A stretch of 64,000 nt of DNA from Azolla caroliniana (taxonomy: Eukaryota > Plantae > Polypodiophyta). Both the position numbers and the translations under genes were made by a program. The notes beneath the pieces are model-generated. The model was given only the letters and a program-made list of their open reading frames with translations. It had not been told where the DNA came from and ran no database searches. Location of the stretch: positions 5,828,001-5,892,000 of the forward strand of contig JBHGNT010000020.1 in the NCBI GenBank assembly GCA_043228905.1, given 5' to 3'. Shown piece after piece: positions 1 to 12,699 of the stretch; positions within the stretch are counted from its first letter, which is position 1; each line of letters starts with the position of its first letter.

Positions 1-487
1 AGGAAGCAAATATCTTCAAAAAGCATTAGGAGTCGACAAGCTCATGCAATTCATGACGTGCCTTGGCTTAACAATAGTCGCATTGCCAAGCCTGAGGGGG
101 AGTACGAGAACAATCGAAGCCGAACCGACTGATCATCCAACCATAGAGTCGAGAAACCTAGAAAGCCGAAACGAGCCAAACAGTGAGACAATCTCTCCGA
201 TGATCGGAAGTTGTGTTCAAAGGGGCGTGTTGAGAATCAAACCCAACTTCCCCAATAAAATGGCTTTCACACTAGCAGTGGACATACTAGGCTAGTTTTG
301 TAAATAGTAGAAATGGCAATTTCCCTAGGTTAGTTGGTATTTAAACCAACCTTTTGTAACTTAGTTATTATTGGATGTAATTCATTTTGTCTAATATAGC
401 TTCTTGTTCTCTAAGTTCCTTGTCTCTCTCCCTCCCTCTCTCTGCTTTGTCTTATACACACATAGTTCCTTCCGCTGCACAAGATCA
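1..487 (+). mobile_element. Copia-1: 3' end (RNase H tail, PPT, 3' LTR 228-487)
   Basis: RNase H tail (KALGVDKL...LPSLRG) followed by a purine tract aaaggggcg and TGTTGAGAATC...GCACAAGATCA. LTR termini resemble those of Copia-2. Confidence 0.75.
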
Positions 488-695
488 CCTACACTCTCCA
501 TTTCTTTACAAGTATAAATACACCTAGGGAAACCATTATGATATGAGGGTGTGTGTAAAGCTTATGTAGTAGTGATACATCAGAAGTGAGGGTAGCAAAG
601 AAAAATAGGGGAAGTGAGATGCGAGAGTGCGTGTGTGCAGGTGTAGTTTGAGTGAAACTTGCCAAAACCCTAACAGGGATGTAAAGAATCGATGG

Positions 696-2537
696 TGATT
701 CTTGTGCAGCAGAATAGATTACAGATATGTGTTGTGAGTGTGTGTGTATGAGAGAGAGTGTGTGTGTGTGAGAGAGAAACACAAGATAGATTAGAGAGAC
801 AATAGAATACTCAAGACGACGTATATTACAAAGGAGATTAACCGAACTAATTACAAAGTAGGAGGAGAGTGCTTTATATAGTCACTCTCTCTCTTCATTA
901 ACTACCGAAGCTCATGGGTCATGGGGAATGTGAAAACTCATTAGTTATGTGTCATAGAATATGATTCTATGACACTTAGTTAATGTGTAGATAAGAGTGG
1001 TGACTTTTGACCTTTGAGTGCACACTCTCAAGAGTGTGTTCACACACTAGACTAGGTTGAGCTTGATTCTGAACACACCCCCTCAAGCTCAACTTTGGTC
1101 GGCTACTTCGGTTGATGTCCGCTTCGGTTCGTATCCGATTCGGACGGTATCCGGTACATCCGACTCATATCCGGTTCGGACGGTATCTGGTACATCCGAC
1201 TCGTATCCGGTTCGGACGGTATCCTCAATTTCGCTTGTACTCCCCCTCAAGCTTGGCAAGTCAAGAACCATCAATCCAAGGTTTGACAGGAATTGCCGAA
1301 GCTTATCGGCTCCTAGGGCTTTGGTGAAGATGTCGACTGTCTGAAGATTTGTAGTGATATGTTCAAGGTCGACATCGTCAACCTGAACGCGCTCTTGAAT
1401 GAAGTGATAGTGCACTTCGATATGTTTTGTGCATGCGTGGAACACCGGGTTCCGAGCTAGATAAATATTGTTCATGTTGTCGCAGTAAAGGGGAATTGGA
1501 TCTTTGATGGGAACGCCCAGATCCTCCAATATCCTCTTAAGCCATACGGCTTCACATGCAGCCACCGTCAGGCCTTTGTATTCAACCTCTATGCTCGAAA
1601 GAGCGACAGTTGGTTGCTTCTTGCTACACCAAGAGATGGCTCCACTTCCGAGGGAGAAGACGAAACCAGAGGTTGATCATTGGTCGGCTTTGTAGCCTGC
1701 CTAGTCGGCACTTGTGTACTCCTCAAGTTGAATTGGCGTGGCCGACTTATAGAGAATGCCATAGTCCATCGTTCCGCTCACGTATTGTAGCACTCTCTTA
1801 TCACAATCCAAATGGATATCTCGTGGCGTTTACATGAACTAGCTAAGAAGGCTACCCGAATAGCTCAGGTCAGGTCGAGTGATGGTGAGGTAGATAAGAC
1901 TACCGATCAGTTGTTGATACTGAGTTGGCTCACACTCTATGGTGCCAAAATTGGCATCTAGTTTGAGGTTTCGTTCGAGAGGTGTTGCCACAAACTTGCA
2001 CACAGTAATCCGGAACTTGTATAACAAGTTGAGAATGTAGTGCCATTGGGAGGTCATAATCCCGGTTAGAGTCTGAATTACCTCGATGCTAAGGAAGTAG
2101 TGGAGCTCTTTCATATCTGTCATCTCGAATTTGTTGGAAAAGAGGGATTTGACCTTGTTGATGTCGACTAGGTGCTCACCTCCAATGACCAGATCATCCT
2201 CGTACAAGATGATGACGATTGGACTTTCGGAATCGCTTCTTACATAGAGAGAATTATTAGATTTTGACATTCGGATGTTGATTCGATGAAGATATTGTGT
2301 TATCTTCGAGTGCCAAGCACGTGGTGCTTGCTTAAGGTTGTAGAGAGGCTTCTTGAGTCGGCAGACATCTTTCGGATGAATGTTGGATTCGAAGCCGGGT
2401 GGTTGTACCATGTACACCTCCTCTTCTAATTCGCCTTGAAGAAAGGCGTTCTTGACATCCATCTGGTAGAGGTGCCACCCTTTCGCTGCTGCAAGCGCTA
2501 TCACGGTTCGCACGGTTGTCATCTTTGCCACCGGGGC
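696..2537 (-). mobile_element. Copia-2: 3' LTR (696-1075) plus degenerate RT-RNase H, interrupted at 2537 by Copia-A
   Basis: Minus-strand LTR TGTTCAGAATC...GCACAAGAATCA preceded by PPT GAGGGGGTG. ORFs 1839-2531 (QMDVKNAFL, LKQAPRAW) and 1089-1565 (KHIEVHYHF) are RVT_2 / Ty1 RNase H-like. Confidence 0.9.
1129..1224. repeat. 36-bp tandem repeat, about 2.7 copies, in the Copia-2 3' extension
   Basis: Unit tcgtatccggttcggacggtatccggtacatccgac starts at 1129, 1165 and 1201. Confidence 0.9.
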
Positions 2538-4183
2538 TGTTACAGATTGCTTGCGGAAGCGTTAGAAAGAACAATACACAAAGAGAGAGAGAGAGTACGC
2601 GGGAGAGAGAGAGAGAGACACACACTATATTTCGAAAATTATATGAATACTCTGTGTTCTCTGTATCTACAACGCACCCATCAACGCTATTTATACAAGT
2701 CCACACGAGACTGTTAGAAGTACGGTGTACTTCAATGCTCACACAAGCATCTGACACTAACTACGAGACTATAACTGCCTAGTAGTCTAACCTATACTAG
2801 GCTTCCGATTACGGATTGGATCCGGCATACCGGCTCACCAACTCACCGGTCCTTACTGCTTACCGACTCGGTTGCTCACCGGCATACCAATTCATCTTGC
2901 TTACCGGCTCAGGCTTATTCAGCCGATCCGGCTCCGGTTGAGCTTGCCGCTCAACACTCCCCCTCAAGCTCAACCTGAGGTAGGGTCATAGTGTCAACCT
3001 CTGTGGCAGCCGGTTCTTCCAACCGACTTCTCCTGGCGTCGCTTAGCCTTGCTCGCGCTCCTTGTCCGGTCCGGTCCCATTTGCCGCAACCCCTTTGGTT
3101 CTGCGCGCCTCGACCTTCGGCATGTCTGCTCAATAGGCCCATCTCAGCTCCTTTGTTGTTATGACTCCGGTGCTTGCCGATCCGTCGGTTCTACCACGAT
3201 GGCATTGACTTCTGCTGCGTCCGTGTCTCCTTGGCCTCTCGTTGACCCGACTCATCCGGATCCTTCTATTGATCCGAATCGGCTGTCTCCGACTCGTTCC
3301 AGCTCTTGTCTGAATCGGTATCCTCCAATTCAATTTTCGGCTTCAGGCCTCTCACCACATCAGACCACGTCCGGGTCTTGGCCTTCTCCTTGCTTCCCTT
3401 GGCTTCTTCAGCCGGTTCACCGAAGTTGAATTCTTCATTCGACTCTGCATCATGGCCATTACGATCGTGATGACCTCCGCATAGCATGCACTTCTCTTCC
3501 TGAGTGTACACTTCTTCTTTACAGCCGCTCACTCCGACCTGTTCGGATGTGCCGACTTCCTTCGTCGACTCGGCTTCATTTTTCTTCTTGTCTCCACCTC
3601 TACCGGTTCTTCTCTTACCTACGGGTTCAACAATTTTTTTGCCTTTGCCCGTTTCGGTAGTGTCTTTGCCCTTGCGTCTCCCCCTCAAGTGCGGCACGTC
3701 GAGATGCTGAACACCAAGCATTTCGGTAAAGTGCTGCAACTTGTCCGACCCGAGTGGCTTGGTGAAGATGTCGGCAACTTGCCGATCCGTGTGAACATAC
3801 TGTAGTTCAACTTCACCGCTCAGGATCCGCTCACGCACGAAGTGATAATGCACTTCTATGTGCTTTGTGCGAGCATGGAACACAGGGTTCTTGGCGAGCT
3901 GCATGCTGCTGATGTTATCGTAGTAGATCAGTATCGGGGTTAGTACCTCGATCCGCAGGTCTTTCAGTAGTTGCCGAAGCCAAATGGCTTCGCAGGTGGC
4001 AACGGTCGCGCCCCGGTATTCAGCCTCAGTGCTGGATAGAGCCACTGTTGGTTGCATTTTGCTGCTCCACGCAACAGCCGCGCTCCCAAGAGAAAACATA
4101 AAGCCGGAAGTTGAGCGATGATCCGTTGCATCGCCAGCCTAGTCGGCATCCATGTAGCCGACAAGCTCTTCGGTTATACCTTG
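2538..4183 (-). mobile_element. Copia-A: 3' LTR (2538-2956), PPT, RNase H with long C-terminal extension
   Basis: LTR TGTTGAGCGGCAAG...TGTAACA (minus) is homologous to the LTR at 51892-52306. ORF 3266-4099 contains WSSKMQPTVALSSTEAEY and KHIEVHYHF. Confidence 0.9.
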
Positions 4184-6511
4184 CCAACAAGGAGGATAAA
4201 CAGTGTTGACAATTTTGAACATAGCCATAAACATCATCAATAAGATGATCAAAAGTGGAGTACAATTCCCGATTTAACTGATAATCATTCGAACGAGGAA
4301 CAGTCTGATCAAAGTTCTTTTCATGACATTTGGGAAGAGGACAATATGCCTTACCCTTACTGAAAGTATCGAGATGGAACCAATGCGGAAGCAGATGTGC
4401 GTGATTTCCTGACGACATGGGAGGTGACCCATGTCACACAGCGACTATTGGCTATAGCCGAGGCAAAATCAAAATTCGTCTTATCGCTTGACGGTCCGTC
4501 CGCAAATTGGTATGCTCACAATTCGAGTCATTCGAACAACCGGCAAAACTCACACAATTGTTATTGGGAATATGAGACTGAATTGGGATGATTTAAACTT
4601 CAAACACAATTAACACTTGATGAAACCACAAGAGTAAAATGATAGTACACCAAAAATTTTAACATGGAAAACCCAAAGTAGGGAAAAACCACGGGAATCG
4701 TAGGTTCCACACAACTTCACTATAATTTCAAGTAAAATGGAATACGACCTCACTAAAGGAGTGTATCTACCTCAAGGCAATGTCCTTGGTTACAACCTTC
4801 ACCTAATTGGCTAGATAGAATAACAAAGATTACAAACTGAGTACGACCTCTCTAGGTTTTGACTAGAGGAACATACAAACCTCAAGGCAACAATCTTAGC
4901 TACAATCTTCACCCGATCAGGTGGATAAAACAATGATAAGCACAAGAAATGTGCTAGCCTCAAGGCAATAGCCTTGGCTACAATCTTCACCCAATTGGGT
5001 GGATACAACAACAATAAGCACAAGAAATGTGCTAGTCTCTCTAGGTTTTTGTCTAGAGGAAATATATTAGCTTCGAGGAAATAGGCTTGGCTACGATCTT
5101 CACCCGATTGGGTGGATAAACCAAGCAAATAACCTTAGTATTCTTTACCCAACTGGGTGGATAGAAAAATTAGCAAAATAGGGAACAAGAAAACAACATG
5201 AAACGAAGTAACTTGATGCGAGTAGACAGGAGAGGTGTTGCACAGTCGTGGTTCTCTATCCGCCTGACCAATTCCTCACAGGTTTTTGTCTCCTCCACTT
5301 CCGTAGAATGCTCTTCCTCTCATTCTCACTCTTTCATTCTTTGTTTTCTACTCTATTTTTTGTTTTTTCTCTCTATTTTCTATTTTTGGTCTGTTTTTCT
5401 CCAGAAAATCAGATCGCGCTCTGTTTCCCAACAAGGAGAAGGGGGTACTTGTTTTTCTCCAGAAAATAAGATCATCTATGTACACCAAAAAACATACAAA
5501 AGAAAAAAGGGTATATAGACACACACATATATATATGTATATATAAATATAATTGACATACATAATTGTAACTTTTCCCCTTTTTGGCCCTGAGCCAATT
5601 CGGCGCCAAACCGACTTCCAATCGGTTGTATGCTCAGCCGATTGCTAACACGCAGCCAATTCTCAATCAACCCTTTGGCTCTATGTTGTGAGCTCCACTT
5701 GAGTGGATATGCCCAACATTCTCCCCCTCCATCTCAAGTGGGTGGCACAACCAAGTTTGCCTTTTTGTTTGCAAACCTCAAGCTTCTCCAAAGCTTTTTG
5801 TTTCTCCCCTATCTAAGAACATCACATAATCATGTGAAGATCATTTGCATCTCATAGACCTCACCTCTTCCACCTCCGGTGGAGATGTTGAAACGTTATC
5901 TATCTAGTCACCTACAGTTTGATGATCATGATCCTATCCATCATCATCATCGATGCATGATCAGCCGTATCATCATACTCCTCCACATCTCCCCCGTGAC
6001 CTTGTGTGTCTAGGGGTAGGAGTTGGACATTTGGTGACTGAAAAACAAGGGGTGAAATTTGGCATTTGGCTCATCAGCGAATACCACACCCCTATTTCTA
6101 ATGACCTTCTCTAAGTCCTATAGTCTATGGCCGGATTCCTCATGGCCGTATCCTAGAAAATATGCATGGTTTACATTAGGCTTGGATCTTTCATCTTTTG
6201 GACGTGAACACGGGCCCTACAGCCAAACACTCACAAGTGTTTGTATGGTACCTCCTAATCTGTCAACACCCTCCTGGGTACATCATGATCCTAGAAAAAG
6301 ACTAATGGAGACACATTGATGAGGTCAATTGTAGTCATCCTTGTTTCACTCCAAAAGGGTTTAGACAATTTTGAGTGCGATAGTATATATCTTATCTACC
6401 AAAAAATTGTCCTACTCATCCTCTCAGCCACGCCATTGTGCTGAGGTGTTTTCTGAACACTCCTCTCAAGCCTAATACCATGCACACAACCATATTGCCC
6501 AAATTGTCCCG

Positions 6512-9500
6512 TGTGAATGTTAATGTGCGGAAGCGTCAAACAGAACCGGCTCAACCGGATAGCAACAGAAAATGAGATGAAGGTTTAATGGAAAAGCTTC
6601 AAACACAAAGGAGACAGAGAGAGCAGAACATAAAAACTATATTCAAAATCTAACTCTAAAACTTTGTACATACAATGTCCTAAACAACACTATTTGTACA
6701 AGTCCATAAAGAACTGATAGAAGTACTGACAGGTACTTCAATGTTCACATGTGCGACTAACACTAACCACGAGTCAATGATTACCTAGTAGTCTAGGCTA
6801 CTACTAGGCTTCCAATTCCCGCTCGAATCCGGCTCTCTGATCTGGCTCCCCGATCCGGCCAGCTGTTTCCGGATACCATCTGGATACCGATCCGGCTTAT
6901 TTAGCCAATACGGATCCGGTTGAGCTTGCTCGCTTAACACTCCCCCTCAAACTCAACTTGAGATCGGATCGGGGTGTTAGTTTCCGCGGCAGCCGGTCCT
7001 TCCACCCAACTCCTTTTGGCATCGTCCCTCCTTGCTCGCGGTCCTCGTCCGGTCCGGTCTTGTTTGCCGCGACCCTTCTATTTTTGCGCACCTCGATCTC
7101 CTCGGTCAGCTTGTCTGCTCAACAGGCCCATTTCAGCTCCCTCGCTGTTGCGACTCTGACGCTTGTCGACTCATCGATTCCTTCGTGTTAGCGTCAACTT
7201 CCGCTACATCCATGTTCGCTTGGCCTTTAGTTGATCCGGCTTCTCTGAATCTTGAACTGAATCGGTTTCCTTCGATTTGTTCCATCTCTTGTCCGAGTCG
7301 GTGTTCTCCAACTCATCTTCCGGTTTCAGGCCCTTCACCACACCGGACCACATCCGGGTCTTGGCTGGTTTCTTCCGGTCGGTTCTGTCCTTCTTGACTC
7401 TACCTCCGTTGCCGCTTGTTCCGACCTTTTTGGATGTACCGACTCCTTCGGTCGGCTCGGCTTCCTTTTTCCTCTTGTCTCCCCCTTTGTTGGTTCTTTC
7501 TTCCTCTCCGGCTCTTTGTCCGGTGCCATCCGTTCCCTTTCCTTTTCTCCCCCTCAAGTGCGGCACGTCGAGATGCTGAACACCAAGCATTTCGGTGAAG
7601 TGCTGCAACTTGTCCGATCCGAGCAGTTTGGTGAAGATATCGGCATTTTTCCGATCCGTCTGAACATACCAAAGTTCTACTTCACCGCTCAAAACCCACT
7701 CACGCACAAAGTGATAGTGGACTTCTATGTGCTTCGTCCAAGCATGGAACACAAGGTTCTTGGCGAGCTGAATGTTGCTCATGTTGTCACAATAGAGCAA
7801 GATCGGGGTCGGGACCTCAAATCGCAGGTCTCGCAGCAGTCGCCAAAGCGAGATGGCTTCACATGTGGCATTGGTAGTGCCCCGATATTCAGCCTTAGTG
7901 CGCGATAGAGCCACTGTTGGCTGCTTTTTGCTACTCCACCCAACAACCGCACTACCCAGAGAAAACATGTAGCCGGAGGTGGATCGACGATCCGATGCAT
8001 CACCAGCCCAATGGTATAATAGTCCCTGTTCCTTCATGTTGCTCACATACCGGAGTATCCGGTGTGCGCACTGAAGGTGCTCGATGGTCGGCTTTTGCAT
8101 AAACTGGCTGATCACTCCGACCGGGTAACTGAGGTCGAGTCGAGTGATTATCAAGTATATCAGACTTCCGACGATTTGTCAAAACCGTTTCTCATCGCAG
8201 GTCGGTCCGGAGTTAGGACAAAACTTCTGCTTCTAGTCCAGGGGTGTGGAGACAGGTCGGCACTCTGTCATACCAAACTTGTACAGCATATTCAACACAT
8301 AGTGTCATTGTGAGAGCGATATGTCATCGGGGGTTGGGATCACCTAGATCCCAAGAAAATAATGAAGGTCCCCTAGGTCCTTCATTTCAAATGCGTCCGA
8401 CACCTAGGACTTTACTCGACCGATTTCATTGAGTCTAGGTCCGATGATGACTAAATCATCAACATAAAGTAGGATGCAAACTGGACCGTCTGAACCTTGC
8501 CGAATGAACAACGATGAGTCGGATTTAGAGGTCACAAACCCCATCTTACGCAACCAATGCGTGATCTTTGCATTCCAAGCTCAGGGGGCATGTTTCAGAC
8601 TGTAAAGCGACTTCTTGAGTCGGCACACCGCCGACTTGTTCATCTCCGACTGAAAACTAGGAGGTTGGATCATATATACCCGTTCTTCAAAGTCACCTTG
8701 AAGAAACACATTCTTCACGTCCATGTGGTGAAGATGCCACCCCCTTGCCGCAACAACCGCCAGTCCACACGAACCGTCGTCATCTTCGCTACCGGGGCGA
8801 AGGTCTCGTCGTAATTGATTCCCTAGGTCTATGTGTATCCCTTCGCCACTAACCGAGCCTTGTACTGGTGAGCCGAACCATCGGCATTGTACTTTACCTT
8901 GTACACCCATTTTCCACCGATCGGTTTACAGTGTCAGGGAGGGTCAACGAGGTCCCATGTGTCGTTGGCATCTAGTGCGCGCATTTCTTCCTCCATAGTG
9001 ACACGCCAATTTGCGTCCTTTGCCGCTTCTGCGTAGTTCTCCGGCTCACGCACTTCTGTCACCTTAGTCATGAATTCATAATGATGCGCCATGTACTCAT
9101 TGTACCTGTACCACGTAACGGGGTTCTTCAAGCGGGAAGACTGGTGTCGTGAAGATTTTCGGCAATTGTGTGAAAATCTCATAAAACATACAAAATCGAG
9201 TATGAATAATATAGAACAATAATAGTGAAAATACTATTTAAATAAGTTTATTATCTTAGTACAAAAAAATGGAGGTCTTCAAGAGCTTTCGAATGCACTT
9301 TACTACATAAGAAACGAACATCTAAGTCTCAAGTTATGTGGGTAGGAAGTTTGCAAAGGAAAAGTGAAAGATAAAACTATGAGATATCCCACATAGACAG
9401 GACAAATAAGGATCTCACCATATATAACGCAGAGCAGAAGCTATTATCTTTGTGTCTATGTGAGGAGCACACATGTTCCGGAGACTTGGGCAGTTGCAGA

Positions 9501-12500
9501 AAGCCAACGTGAGACCCAAGAGATGGACGGTGGTGATACCCATGTAGGACACTCCATCTAGAGACTTGGGCAGTTGCGTTGAGAACCAACGTGGGACCCA
9601 AGAGATAGATGGTAGAAAAGGAATGTAAAATAGAATGTAAAAGGGAGCGATGTATTAATCAAGAAATTAAAAGTAAGAAATTCGTTATCCAATTGATGTA
9701 TCAATCTTGTTCTTCAAATCTAAAGTCAAGAGTTCAATCTTAATCTCTCTCAATCTAAAGTCAAGTGTTCAATCTTAATTCCACTTAGCCGGAATGAGAT
9801 CGGACTCTCTTCTAGAGTGCCGAAGTCTTCAACTTCTACCTAAACCTCCTCAAGCTCACTAGCCTCATCTTTCGGAATTGGGTCTTCGTCGGGATTGGAG
9901 TCGGTAAGGAGTACCATGATGCCGTCTCATCAAACTCGACATCTCGGCTTACTCGGACCTGCTTAATCCGGGGGTTATAACACTTATACCCTTTTTGCTC
10001 ATGCGAGTAACCGACTAGAATGCACTTCTCCGACTTCGAATCCAGCTTCCTCCATTTCTCATCCTACACATGCACATATGCTATGCTACCGAATATCCAA
10101 AGGTGTCTCAAATTCAACTTTCGCCGAAATACAGCTCATGTGCTGGCACCTTGTCACCGATCCGATTTTGGATGTAGACGGTCATTCGGACCGCCTCGGC
10201 CCAGTAGAAATGGGGCATGCTCTTCTCCTCCAACATTGCCCTTGCCGCGTCGACAATTGACCAATTCTTCCTTTCGGCCACACCGTTTTGCTCCGGTGTG
10301 TACCTGCAAATGAATTCACTCCGAATTCCGTTCTGCTGCACATAACTGTTGAATTGGCTAGAAAAGTATTCTTTCCTGCCATCCGACCGCAAGCAATTGA
10401 TCTTCCTCTCCGTTTCCCATTCAACCAAGCTTTGATGGTTTTGGAAACACTCGAAGATTTTGCTCTTCCTCTCGATGAGGTAGATCCACGTGTGTCAGCT
10501 GTAGTCATCGATGAACGAGACGAAATACTGACTCCCGCCAAGACTAACGTTTTGTGCTAGTCCCCATACATTCGAATGGATTAAATCGAGCTTGTTATGG
10601 CTCCGGTTTCAATCGGTGGGGAATGGAAGCCGATGTTGCTTCCTGAGTTGGCAGGCATCACAAATTTCGGCCTTCCGGCCGCTAAATTTCGGCAAACCGA
10701 AAACGACTTGTTTCAATTGTAGGTCTTGAAGCCTCCGATAATTGACGTGGCTGATCCGCTTGTGCCATAGGTCGATGTTTGCCCTTTCGCAAACATAGCG
10801 ATGCCGACATCATTAGTGTTGAGGATGAACATCCTCCCATCTCTACGCCCTAACACGATTATCCGGCCCTCTTCCTCGATGAAGCACCATAGGTGCGTAA
10901 ACCGCACCTGCATCCCCTGGTCGACGATTTGCCCACCTGACACCAGGTTCTTTGTGATAGTCGGAACGTGTAGTAGGTTCATCAGCTTCCCCTTTTGTTC
11001 GACATGGCTTAAAGGAACTTCTCCGACATGCACAATCGAGTGAGGGGTGTCATCTCCGGTTTTGACAATCCCCGGTTGTTCCGGTTTCTCTAAAAAAGAG
11101 AACCACTCTTCATGGCTCGTCATGTGGTTGGACGCTCCGGAATCAATGCACCATACTTCCTACGATCTAGAAGTAGTCTTCTTCATTGAGTTAGCCTTGT
11201 GCTTCATCACGAAGGTTGGCCCTTTACCGGTTTTCCTGGTTCTGGATCCTTTTGATCCTTCCGCGTAGTGCGAGCTTTCCTGGTTCTCCCGACCGGTTTT
11301 TCCGGATCCAGATTTGTCTGAATCGGCGCGCTTCTTCCAGCACTCGCTTTCTCTATGGCCCTTTTTGCCACAGTACCAACATTCCCTGTCGGCCTTTCCT
11401 TGCCAGTTCCCGGCGCCGCTTTGACTCCCCTTGCTTGTGGAGGGTCTGGAACTACTGTTAGCACAACCTTTGTGCCTCTAGTCCTGCTCTTGTCAGCCGC
11501 CTCCATTGTGTGCCGACCTACCTCGTCGACCACGTCCATGGGGCCGATCTGACTCCGTGTACAACATCCGTCCGTCTGATTGAGTAGTCCTTGACCCACT
11601 CGCATGGTTTTCTTCGACCATCAGCATCGATTGCAAGTCGAAGAAGGACGGTGGTTTCTCCCGGGTGCAGATCACTGTCCGGATTAGCCCGTACCTTTGC
11701 GCTAGACCACCGAGGCATATTTGTACCATGTCGTCTTCATCCACCATCACGTTGATGGACCCGAGTGCATCACAAATCTCCTTTATCTTGGTGGTGTAGT
11801 CCGTAACCGACATGTCTCTTTGCTTGATGTTGTTCAGCTCTTGCCGAAGCTGCAACTTACAAGTTGTGGTACTTGCGGCGAAAATCTTCCGTAGATTTTC
11901 CCAAGCCTCCTTTGGCGTCTTTGCATCCTTGATGTAGCTGAGCATTTGATCATGCACACCGGACGCGACACAGTACAGTACCCGACTCGCTCCTTGCTCC
12001 CATACCGGGAAGTCTTTGTGTGACGGCTCCGGTGCTACTTAATTTGTTCCTTCCACGAAGCTCCAATATCCATGCTCCAACAAGTACTGGTGCATTTTAT
12101 ATGACCAAGACGCATAGTTGCTCCGGTCGAGCTTCTCTGTTCGAAGTGAACTCGCCATTCCTCTGTCCATATCTTCTCTCTATTTGTTGTTACCGGGTTC
12201 TAGGGTTCGTCTACGGAAGCAAATGTCGACTGCAGAGGTTCTCAACCCTCGCGCTTTGATACCATGCAAATGTTAATGTGCGGAAGCGTCAGACAAAACC
12301 GGCTTAGCCGGATAGCAAAAGAAAATGAGATGAAGATTTAATGGAAAAGCTTCAAACACAAAGGAGACAGAGAGAGCAGAACATTAAAACTATATTAAAA
12401 TATTAACTCTAAAACTTTGTACATACAACCTGCTAAATAGCACTATTTATACAAGTCCATAAAGGACTGACAGAAGTACTGACAGGTACTTCAATGCTCA

Positions 12501-12699
12501 CACGTGCGACTGACACTAACTGCAAGTCAATGATTACCTAGTAGTCTAGGCTACTACTAGGCTTCCGGTTCCCGTTCGAATCCGGCTCCCCGATCCAGTC
12601 ATTTGTTTCCGGATACCGATCCGGCTCATCCTTCTAGATGCCGATCTGGCTCAAGCTTATTCAGCCGATCTGGATTTAGTTGAGCTTGCTCGCTCAACA
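6512..12699 (-). mobile_element. Copia-C, near full-length and degenerate; LTRs 6512-6939 and 12265-12699; imperfect TSD TCCCG/TCCCC
   Basis: Direct-repeat LTRs, PBS TGGTATCAAAGC at 12253-12264, PPT at 6940. Gag, CCHC, PR, INT, RT and RH fragments occur in Copia order. Confidence 0.93.
9145..9783 (+). mobile_element. AT-rich insertion in Copia-C, probable Gypsy LTR fragment
   Basis: Begins TGTCGTGAAGA, the same start as the LTRs of Gypsy-G and Gypsy-J. Has an internal ~80-bp duplication and no TSD. About 250 bp of Copia-C is missing relative to Copia-D. Confidence 0.5.

Noticed and set aside
488-695. Host promoter or telomere remnant between two LTRs (AAACCCTAA near 665)
   Set aside because: A single motif in about 200 bp with nothing else to support it.
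3049-3429. Conserved antisense ORF (MLALLVRSG...) in Copia-A/C/D
   Set aside because: It has a TTG start and variable stops, and the third-position variation fits the sense frame. Most likely a shadow ORF.
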